Assembly: GCA_017499595.2 (NCBI GenBank)
Contig: CM039006.1
Span: 930,001 to 994,000 of the forward strand
Direction of reading: 5' to 3'
DNA: 64,000 nt
Origin: Psilocybe cubensis
Lineage: Eukaryota
Below the pieces are notes generated by a model. It was given only the letters and a program-made list of their open reading frames with translations, ran no database searches and had not been told where the DNA came from. The translations under genes were made by a program, and so were the position numbers. The first letter of the stretch is position 1. Each line of letters starts with the position of its first letter. Of this stretch, positions 50,341-60,083 are shown one piece after another.

Positions 50341-51620
50341 TCATATTTCAAAATCAAAAGTGTTGGTGGCCGGTAAATTTGCAAAAAGATCGTACGTAGT
50401 AGACCATCCCGCCTCTTGGACTCCCAGCTCTTTAAATACATTCCTACGCATGTAATAGACTATGACTGCCCTATCTCCCTCGCACACCGCGCCGTGTTGA
50501 AGCAACCTGCCGGTAATTGCAACAAGGGTCATGGGATCATACTTGTACCAAAGTCCAAGGCCAGGAAGCTCAAGCCGTCCGTGTTCACCCTTCCCAAGTG
50601 GCATCAAAAAATCGTACCATGAGTAGCATGACCCATTATCCCGATGGTACGGTGTATCTCGGTTGCTGATGGCGGTCATGACTCCAAAGGGCGAACTCCA
50701 TATTGTGAGAATTTGCTTCAATATTTCGGCCTTATGGACGAACTCCGGTTCCGCAGCAAGCCGTTGAAGAAATTTTATTCCCGCCCGGTACTGCTCGGGG
50801 TGTATAATGCTCAAGATGGCTCCCAGCAAAGCCGAAGATGTCATCATGTCTCGTATAAACTCCTGTCCAATAGGATTACACAAGTCCAAGGAGACCTCAA
50901 GCGGGTTGGACGTCTGAGGAAAATATGAGGCAGTATAATACTTAGCAAACAAGTTTCTCACCTCATGGCCTTGCTGAAACCATGCCGGGGAAAAGTTAAG
51001 ATTTCCAGGTTGAAGCCAACCTGGCTCATGTCGAAAGTAACTGTCATTGACCCTCCAGCTTGTGGCCAAAGGTGCCGCCTTGTGAATCATTGTTTCAATA
51101 TCCCGTAATGAATTCCACACACTCTCCTGTTACTCTTTAGAACGCATAATATAGGAATTAATCGGTCCGTTTCTAAAACTCACCACCCTTGTCTCTGACA
51201 AAATACCTGGCAGGTACCACACCAATATGTTGCCTGCACTATCGATTACAGTTCCGGGCAGGGTTTGGTACTGTAACGTGGAATGCACCGGAGGAAACTG
51301 GTCTTTCAGGCGAGCCTCAACGGCAGAATTCTGACCCGTGCAACGTGCGCTGAGATGGGTCAAATATTCTTCTGCATCCCACGTCGTATATTCTGCCATT
51401 CACACATTATTTAATCTCAATTTTCAAAGCTTATTGATTGCATACCTTGATTTTCAATTGCCTGCAAAATCACCTCCACAGCTAGATTGCACTCAAACAT
51501 GGTCTCAGCACTGAAGTTTTCCCGGATTTGATTAGGCAGTTCTGCATGCCAAAGACAACTAGCTATCTTTGCCTTCATGTAGTTTGAGAGGGATTGGGTT
51601 AGCTCAAAGGCATAATCCAT
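50341..51620 (-). CDS. TET/JBP-family 2-oxoglutarate/Fe(II) DNA dioxygenase, 4 exons
   Basis: PGTVIDSAGNILVWYLPG and NFSPAWFQQGH, then the catalytic HxD (NRDTPYHRD), the distal H (LLQHGAV) and the 2OG-binding R (DRAVIVYYMR). This matches the fungal TET/JBP genes associated with KDZ elements. Confidence 0.9.
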
Positions 51621-51745
51621 ACTATCAGGGTATGTGGAAAGGAATTTGCTGCCAGTATAATCTATACACCTTATTACATATATTAACGGTCATCCAATGT
51701 ACGATTCAAGGCGGATATTTGTCGGAATACAGAAGCGGATGGATG

Positions 51746-52063
51746 AATGGGTCCGTCTGACAGCACAACACGGGTCAAGCGGATCCGTCTGCTTGCAATA
51801 CACGGGATGCAAATGGACCCGTCCGGCTCATTTCCGGCCCGTGTTTCTTCCGTGTAGGTAGACGCGCGGATCCCGCAGGCCACCCGGCGGCTCCATTTAG
51901 CGCTAAATGGCACGTCATGTACGCTATGATTTGCCAGGCTAAATCACACGTACATCACGCTAATCTTCTAATTAGGTAGCGGGAGTAAATCCACCGTATG
52001 TCACGTAATATCCTTATTATTAAATCTTAGGTAATGTACGTTATAAATAAACTGTCTTATGTG
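51746..52063 (-). repeat. Right terminal inverted repeat of the KDZ element (318 bp)
   Basis: Reverse complement of 36495-36812. Confidence 0.95.
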
Positions 52064-52543
52064 CAATTTTCGGGGCCCGGTTTACAATGTTAAGCAATAT
52101 TTTTATTAGCTTTAAAATGTCCAAACAATTATTGGTTCACCAATGCAAATTCAAGTAATAATTTTCGTATGTTTATAATAAGTCCGGTTGACCGGCCATT
52201 ACATAACCGGGCGACATAGGGGCCGTATGTCTTGGCCCGGCGCGTGTGTTAAATATAACATACGATCGCTCAAACAAAGTTCCAATCACGGTAAGCGTTA
52301 TATTTCTCTACGTATACATGTAATAACTACATTAATCCGTTCAAAATTTGTCGATATCGAGCTCATCGTCGACGACGATGACCAAAACGGGCGTGGAAAA
52401 GCGCGCCGCAGTCGTCAATGATGGCCGCGCGTGCTTCTTTTCAACTACCACCACCACCACTACCACCACCAAACCCGCCACAGCGCGCCAGCGAGTCACC
52501 ACTGCATTCTAACGGCATAACAAGAGTTAACGGAAGACGACAA

Positions 52544-52938
52544 ATGGATGAGCAAGGTGAGTCTTCAATATTCAATGTAAGTACTTACTGTTAATTTTTT
52601 TTGCACTCCCAGGAGTACAATTCGGCCTCGTGATTGATCGCGACGGCCTCAGGCTCAACGTCGCCGTCGATGGCCACAACGGGCACACCAAAATCGGCGT
52701 CAACGTCGATACCGACAACAAGGTCGAAATCGTTTTCAGCGTCGAAGAGCCCGCGAACGGGCGAGTCGACACCGACCCTGTCGCTTTGACCAACGACCAA
52801 CTTATTCGAGAGGGGCAGGAAGCTGGGCAGCCGGTAGTTGTTGTTGCAAATTGTATCAAGGCATCGAGGACCGTTGAAGGCAGCGACGTCGAGATGCGCG
52901 ATGGGGAGGGGGATGATCAGGACGTCGAGATAGAGTAA
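52544..52938 (+). CDS. Small acidic, beta-strand-rich hypothetical protein (2 exons) within the TE island
   Basis: ATG GAT GAG CAA G|GTGAGT...CCCAG|GA splices in frame into ORF 52630-52938. Confidence 0.5.
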
Positions 52939-53092
52939 AGGGTCCGTTGTACAACCATGAAATATCATTTTATTTTTCCAAATCTACTCTTGTGAATACA
53001 ACACACGTTTAAACAGACTGGGGAGAGCCATTATAACCCCGCGCGTCCTCCTTCGATATGTTCTGTACACTCTGCCAGGCCTTCAACGGACT

Positions 53093-53256
53093 CTGCGCGC
53101 GCATGCACATCAAACGCGCGCGCATGCGCATCAAACGCGTGCGCACGCGCATCAAATGCGTGCGCATGCGCATCAAACGCGTGGACGCGCGCATGTGCAT
53201 CAAACGCGCGCACATGCGCATCAAACGCGTGGACGCGCGCATGCGCGTTTGATGCA
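53093..53256. repeat. 21/27-bp minisatellite of (GC/AT) alternating tracts punctuated by ATCAAA(C); reads HARAFDA repeats on the - strand
   Basis: About 6 direct units of GCATCAAACGCG(CG/TG)..., ending with one inverted unit GCGTTTGATGC. Confidence 0.85.
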
Positions 53257-53993
53257 TATCCGTTTCCACTCCCCCTATATTCATGAGAAGGCGACAAAGA
53301 CATGTCGCCAAACTCTGAATAGTGAGGATGTGGGGGTGGGGACACATATGACCTTGTCCTGTAGTTCAGGTTTGGGGTTGAAGGAGGAGGCGGAAACTGT
53401 GATTGAGGGACTGGGTACGCGTACGCGTGTGGATATTGTTAGAAAGTATGCGGATGTGAATGCGATGGATTGTGGTGACTCGAGTGCGAGTTTGGTTGAG
53501 AGTACGAATGCGAATATAGGGATGTTACAATAAAATTTCAGTTAAATATCAATACATTTCCTTACCGAATCACGCAAAAATCAAGAAAAAATTTGTGTAT
53601 TACTCGCCCAGACAAGGATACATCTAAAAAGGTGTTAGTAGAGGTACAAGAGAATTCACGACAGACTCACATGAAGGTACAGTTAGTATTCAGCGAACCC
53701 GAGTTCATCGAGGTTGTCAGGGTACGTATTGGTGCCACCCCTATCCGTTATCGTTATCTGTTACGGTCCCACGCTGTCATGCCTTGTTCTATCTTTGTGT
53801 TCGGTCCCACGTCTATCGTTCTCCTGTTTCATCTATTGATAGTTGTTATATGTCGAGTACTCTGGTCCGGGAAGTAGTTACTCCGGTCTCCATGTATATA
53901 TAGGGTCCTGGGGTCAGTAGTCAGTCCCCAGCTTCGATATCAACTTGGTCTTTGGGCACTCTTCTCTCTTGACTTAAGTCGATTCCTAACAGC

Positions 53994-54004
53994 ATATCGA
54001 AGCT
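53994..54004 (+). promoter_or_regulatory. Primer-binding site complementary to the LTR itself (Tf1-type self-priming)
   Basis: ATATCGAAGCT, 2 nt after the 5' LTR, is the exact reverse complement of AGCTTCGATAT (53930-53940). That sequence starts 35 nt after the start of a TATATATA box (53895). Confidence 0.8.
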
Positions 54005-54082
54005 ACCCAACGTTGCCCTGGTACTCTATCCACTGCAGCGCTCGTCTACTCCACTCTACCTTGCCCCCACCTACTATACTCT

Positions 54083-54979
54083 ATGGCCGACCCTCCTTCG
54101 CCTTACGATGGGTTCATGACGATGTCTCTCGACGACCGTTTCGCCCTCCTCTTTAGGGCGCAGCAAGTCCGGTTTGACGCTGATAAAAAGGTTGATGACC
54201 GACTGTCTGCCATCGAGTCTAAACTCGAACGCCTCACAGCCTCCCTACCCAAACCGCCTGCCGCTCCCACTCCCTCTGCTCGTGCACCTCGCGCTTGACG
54301 CACCTCTAGGAAGGAACGCCCGGCTGCACCTACCTCTACCCCTACTACAGGGCCCCCGCACTCCCAATCCATCTGCTCTACTACTACCAAAGCCGCCCTC
54401 GAGAAGATCGTCGCTACCCTGTCTATTGCGGACGAACAGGCTGGCCACGTCATAGGGCGCGCGGGAACTGGCTTACGCCAAATCCACGACATCTCGCATG
54501 CAAAGATCTCGGTCTCCCCCGTCGTCACCTCCGGTTTGCGTGCCGTCACTATCAGGGGCACCGCTCGTGAAGTCGGTGATGCTCTTTCTGCTATTGGCAA
54601 GCGGATTGCCCGTCGTCGCATCCGCAACCCTAGGTCCAAGAAGCCTAAACAGCCTCCTGCGCCCACTGCCGCCCCTCCTACCCTCGTCGTTGAACCTCCT
54701 TCTCCTACTCCAACCTCGAGCTCTACCCCAACTACGCGGACATCCCGTTCCGGGACGGCTTCTCCGCACTTGCCCACTCCTACGGCTGTTGACACTCGCT
54801 CCAGCCCATCCTCGTCGCTCGCCCCTGGTTTGCCTATGGAGGTGGACGCTCTCAGGGCTCCGCAGCAACACTCTGACGGTTACTCTCGCCCCGGGCCTGT
54901 TCAGCCTAGGGAGGGAATTCAGACCGCGCGTCGTGGCGGTGGACCGCCTCGTGTCTTTGGTGCAAACCGTCCACGGTGA
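54083..54979 (+). pseudogene. KH-domain (type I) RNA-binding protein ORF inside the LTR element, with one in-frame TGA at 54296-54298
   Basis: ORFs 54083-54298 and 54536-54979 are in the same frame. Reading through the stop gives VATLSIADEQAGHVIGRAGTGLRQIHDISHAKISVS...RAVTIRGTAREVGDALSAIGKRI, a canonical KH with a GxxG loop. There is an N-terminal coiled coil and a C-terminal RRGGG. Confidence 0.85.
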
Positions 54980-57900
54980 AGACCAGGTCGTTGGGACACC
55001 GACCTTTAGAGGGGAGGTGATGTCAGGGTACGTATTGGTGCCACCCCTATCCGTTATCGTTATCTGTTACGGTCCCACGCTGTCATGCCTTGTTCTATCT
55101 TTGTGTTTGGTCCCACGTCTATCGTTCTCCTGTTTCATCTATTGATAGTTGTTATATGTCGAGTACTCTGGTCCGGGAAGTAGTTACTCCGGTCTCCATG
55201 TATATATAGGGTCCTGGGGTCAGTAGTCAGTCCCCAGCTTCGATATCAACTTGGTCTTTGGGCACTCTTCTCTCTTGACTTAAGTCGATTCCTAACAGAG
55301 GTCACCCCGGTTCTCATCCTCGTTGCTTTCCTCCTCCTCCTCCTCCTCCTCTTCAGAATCAGTATGCTGGTTGCTGTCGTCTTCATTGTCATCAGAATCG
55401 GAGCTGTTTTCAGGTGCCACTTCAGCCTGGTCCTGAGCGTCTTGCTCCTGGTCTGAGGCCCCATCTGGTTTCAGATCAGGATTAGGAGCTTCATGTGCCT
55501 CGCGGCATTTTTTGCGAGAGGCAATGTCATCTGCACGTCGGTCTTGCCTAAGAGAATCGGTAGCGGCTCGCGTGCTAGCGTGGCCAACTCCACCCCCTCT
55601 GTACAGCATGACCATGTCGCAATCCACAAAACTGTAAAAAATTAGTAAAGGGTAAGAAGTGACTAAATGTACTCACAAATTGACATAATATCTCTCCCAT
55701 TCTTCCCCTTCATTATTTTCTTTGCTTCTATAAGCTACAGATGGGCCGAGAGTCGGTATTTTTCTAAGAATGAAGCGAGGGATCAAATGGGTTGCACGAA
55801 TTACGAGGGATGGGTCCACAAAACCAAATGACGCAGAGTCATTGATATCACCAAACGCCAACTGTGGAAGCCTTCTATATTTCCAACCGTAATGGCAATC
55901 TTCACAAACACCCAGCCATCGGACATGAAGAAAATCCACTTTGTGCTTGGAGGCACAGTAGTAATCATCAGGGGTAGATATTACCACATTGGCGTGGTAG
56001 ATTCCAATGATACGGGCATACCAATAAGGATGAACCTGCTGATCTGCACCTTTGTTGCTAGCGAGTACCATGATGTCACATCGGGAAGAGTTTGGCTTCA
56101 AGGTATCTTGTATTCGACGCATATCATAGGAAGTATAGTTGATGCGTAGAACCTGATGTTCGTAAATTCGGTCACCGAGTATTGTGATTTGGAGTCGCTC
56201 ATGGGTACCAATGCTATCACTGAATTCGTTTACCCCTGATAAGCGGGCATAAAGGTGAGTTTTGAGACGAAGCATAAAGTCCTAAATACGACATTGAGTA
56301 TATAAAAACAAGCGAAAAATCCGGCTTACCCTTGTTGCCGGATCGTTTTGGTTTTGTGACATCCAGGGTAGTATATCTAACTTTTGACGCACGTCTGATG
56401 AGATGTGATAATGTAAATCAGGAGGAGTGGGCTCCAGTAACTCCCTGTCCTCACGCAGCAGCTTGCGTATCTCGACACGGTTAGTGCGGTGTACCACACG
56501 TTCTCGGTAGATGTGTTTGGCGATACCTCGAATATGATCACCTTTCTTGACCCGTTTGTAGAAGAGTTTCGCTCTCTTGTGCTCGCTTTTGCCCATCTGA
56601 GTGCTCGTGCCGTCAGTGGTGCCAAATTGGCAAATGGAATCGACGTAATCGGGAAGGGAATGCAATTTGTACGTTTGCATATTGAACGTGCGGGTCTTGG
56701 GTTCATTGGGTTGAGTCGGAGGTACTGGCAGACCCGCACTCGCTGCCTTTTTGGCCTTGGCTGCCTGTCTTTTTCCTCTCGCGGCTGTTTCTGATGGAAG
56801 CTCGCGAGTGGTGTACTGAATACAAACCTCCTTTTGGAACTGACGAAGGAGATCACATAACCGAGTACACAAATTCCCCAACTCGTCCAGAGTGGTATCG
56901 GTGTGAAGTCGAAGCTTGGCTAGGGCGTGCCATGTCGCCATTTCAAACAAGAGGTTTTGAATAATTTTATTGTGTGCAGGTTCTGGCAACAAGCCCTCAA
57001 AGACTGGTATAGAGCACTATTATGGAATCATTAATAATTAAAATCAAACATCACACGCAATTGAGGCCTACCTGAAGGAGATCTTCAAAATCCCGTGCTG
57101 CCAGTTTCTTCATATCTGAAGCATTCCTAGCAAAACGTCGGATAGTTGTGAGGCCGAAAGGGGAGACTTGGCGGTATCTAAATCTATAGTTAGTTTGAGT
57201 AAGAATCGAGATATCACGACAATACCTTTCGTTCAGAGTTGCAATGGCGTTCTGGTTGCTAGAGGTATAAAGAATCCGGAGTAGGTGACTAAATAGGGCC
57301 TTCCAGACACCCAGTTCCACTTCGTGCATGAAGTCGACAGTAAACATCCGATAAAAGTTGAAGCCATATTCAAATAAAGCCTTGGAAAAAGCGTTCTATG
57401 TAATATTCTTAGACAAAATACGTAGATATGAGGAAATAAAAATATACCCGAGTTGGAAAAGCAGAGGTCTGTTGCAGCAAGCCATTAACCGCCTTGCTGT
57501 TAACCTTTTTCCCCAAGAATAATGCTTTACGGGCAGTTTCTATGTCAAATTGACGAGTTTCGCTGTCAACGCAAGCTAGCTTGAGCCGGTTTCGCATATC
57601 CATCTTTGATCCAACCTTTGGGACATTCATAGTCTGAATTAAACAACGTGGACACAAGCAAGTGCCACGACACTTGCAGCAGGACTGCAGCATTCTGCTT
57701 GTACATTAGTTATCAATCGAAATAGCGAGTAGATGTTGACTTACTTTTCGGGGTAGTCATTTGAACTAAAAATAAAACGGAGATACATAGCTCGACATAC
57801 TCTGTCGGCCAGTTCTACGGCCTCTCCTTCAGCATACGCTCGTTTGACATCCTCATCAAGTAATAGCCCCCAGACGCCTGTATTGACCTCGCGTCTCATA

Positions 57901-59460
57901 TGGGTGAGCATTTCAGATGTTGCAGCTTTGCCAAACTGTTGCTGATGCCAATCTTGAAAAGTGTCTGTGAGCTATGACCCAAATGTTAATATGAATAGTA
58001 CATGCCAGTCAATACAAACTTACTTTAGGGATATACGCAATATGGTGCGTAGCGAATTCTTTAGGTTTCCCTCTGGTGTATTTTGACTGGTTGAGGATAT
58101 ACATAAGGATCGGCCATATAGAAGCATCGCTAAAACTGGTCAGGTGGGTAGAATCTGAAAAAATCCCGATACCAACGACAAAGGGCTCCAGGTGTCTGTG
58201 GGGACCTGTGCGTGGCTCTGACTTGATCTTTTCATACTCTTCATTGAAAATGTCCGCCACGTAGGACTCTGAGAATAAGTGTTCGGGTGGTTCGTCGGGT
58301 GAGGGACGCCAAAATTCTCTGTATGGTATGGTCGTATACGTCTCAGAGGTGCATTCTGCAAAGGCCTGTTTGATAACTTCTAGAGGTTTTTGATACATGA
58401 CGTTTTCAACAACAAATTGAGGAGCCTCCTCTTCCGAATCGAATATGAAACCATCGCATGGCACTGGTATTGAAAAGCTGCCCTTGATCCACCCAGCTTC
58501 CGGTCGACACACTTCTGACAAAGTAGGATCTGTAGAATTTTTTTGGGTGGAGATTTTGTCCAGACGCGCTGCCTCTCGAGCAGTAGAAAAGGAGGAATCA
58601 AAGTCCTTGGGGTCAAAATCCGGGTCCAGTACGACTTGGTGAATCAATTTGTCGGTATCAGCGTAGGATTTAGTACCGTGGCCGTTGTAAAACCAAGACA
58701 TGATAAGTTGAGTAGAACAATTTTTGAATAGCAAGCTCTTGTCGTCTTTTGGCTCAGAATCCAAGGACCAATCCGAAGGTAGGGCCATTGGTGTTCCCTC
58801 TGACACCTTTCTCAAAGAGTCGGCTGGGTCTTTGGCAATATTTGGAGAATCGGACACTGATGACAGTGTGAAATGTTCGTCAGGAGTAATAGAAGGGGGA
58901 CCATAGGTATACTCTTGAAATATCCCATAGCCATTCATTGGTGTTTGATACAGACTCTCCACAGATGGAGGTTCCTGAGGCTGAGGTGGTTCCTCCTCCA
59001 CCACTGGTGGTATAATTAGAGGAGGTTCGGGTGGGACCTCGTCTCGGAAGCGCTGTGGCAATCTAATAACGCGTGGAGGAAGTCCTCTGGGCCGTTCAAT
59101 GGGAGGTGGTGGTGTCGGGGGATGTGGTGGTGGTGTTGGTGATTTAGGTGGAGGCGCAGGGGGCATTGGAGGTGGTACCATATCCACATCGAGATACTCA
59201 TGATGGACATCAACGTCCATAGGCCCGGGCTCATTATTCAGGGTTGCCTGGTGCGAAGAACCACTGGCAACATTACTGTTCTGATTCTGCCTGCTGAAGT
59301 TTTCCTGGAACCCCTTCAGGACCTTGCTCATTGCAGCAGGATATTTTTTACATTTGTTGGTATGCTGCTTCAAGGAGCGACCTGGTACGAAGAGTTTATG
59401 GCACCCTAAGCAGGGTCTTTTTTCGTCGGACATAATTACGGCCTGCTGAAGTACAACTAT

Positions 59461-59753
59461 CCACGCAATGAGCCTGGATAGGGAGTAGAAAATCCTTGCC
59501 CAAGCAATGAGCCTGGGCAGAGTAACGATACCCTTATCCCAGCAATGAGCCTGGATAGGGGGGATATCCTTGCCCAAGCAATGAGCCTGGGCAGGCGAAC
59601 GACACTCTTATCCCAGCAATGAGCCTGGATAGGGGGTAGAAAATCCTTGTCCTAGCAATGAGCCTGGACAGTGGATAGGAAGCTCTTATCCCGGCAATGA
59701 GCCTGGATAGCGAGCCATCGATTCGTTCTGACCCAAGCAATGAGCCTGGGTAG
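59461..59753. repeat. Array of 8 GCAATGAGCCTGG-core palindromic units (~36-44 bp spacing) directly upstream of the Plavaka ATG
   Basis: Cores at approximately 59466, 59504, 59542, 59578, 59616, 59655, 59693 and 59737. Confidence 0.9.
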
Positions 59754-60083
59754 AGCGAATAAGGAGAGTGCAGACATCAACCTCAGGCGTGATAGGGCGC
59801 GGTGTCGGAGTTCAAAACTTAGCGGAGTTTTGATTGGCCTAACCGGCTTATGTAAGCAATCTCATGTTTTTTTTATGTTTTTTGGGCTCAGAATTGATTC
59901 ACACATGTTTCGATGCAGGTCCAAACAATTTTTTCCGTGGTATACATGATATCTGACCAATAGTTTGTACAAAGAAATATAGATAGTATACATAAAATTT
60001 GTTTTGTAGTATGTACGAAGGCAAAAATACACTGTGAGTAGTGGTGTAGATCCGTGAATGAAGAAACAAGAAAAATGTGCTAC

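Larger units (their letters stand above)
36495..52063. mobile_element. Complete 15,569-bp KDZ (Kyakuja-Dileera-Zisupton, CxC2-type) DNA transposon carrying a TET/JBP gene and four accessory genes
   Basis: 318-bp TIRs (CACATAAGAC...GTCTTATGTG) with one mismatch seen, a flanking direct repeat CAATTTT at 36488-36494 and 52064-52070, and an internal KDZ transposase. Confidence 0.93.
53715..55297 (+). mobile_element. 1,583-bp non-autonomous LTR retroelement (TRIM-like) with 277-bp LTRs, self-complementary PBS, PPT and 5-bp TSD
   Basis: LTRs at 53715-53991 and 55021-55297 (TG...CA, one C/T difference seen). TSD GAGGT at 53710-53714 and 55298-55302. PPT AGAGGGGAGG at 55008-55017. No protease, RT or integrase. 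Confidence 0.95.
53683..59433 (-). pseudogene. Plavaka-family transposase gene, multi-exon, interrupted near its 3' end by an LTR element and carrying substitutions at conserved sites
   Basis: FSDSTHLTSF...WPILMYILNQSKYTRGKP...HHIAYIP; SNDYPEK; CLCPRC; VDFMHEVELGVWK; KKLAARDFEDLLQ; WHALAKLRLHT; YKLHSLPDY; STQMG; YWYARIIGIYH; FGFVDP..VIRATHLIP; YYVN..DCDMVMLY.GGGVGH. Removing the LTR element and one TSD restores the C-terminus RGDLDELGFAEY* (stop 53683-53685). Confidence 0.87.

Noticed and set aside
54103..55145. Alternative-frame ORFs (230 aa -, 215 aa +) in the LTR element as gag/pol candidates
   Set aside because: No capsid, zinc knuckle, protease, RT or integrase motifs; only the 54083 frame yields a recognisable domain (KH).
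59434..59740. N-terminal extension of the Plavaka ORF (PRLIAW repeats) from 59577
   Set aside because: It is a translation of the upstream repeat array from a non-ATG start; ATG 59433 (MSDEKRPCLGC) is the more plausible start.
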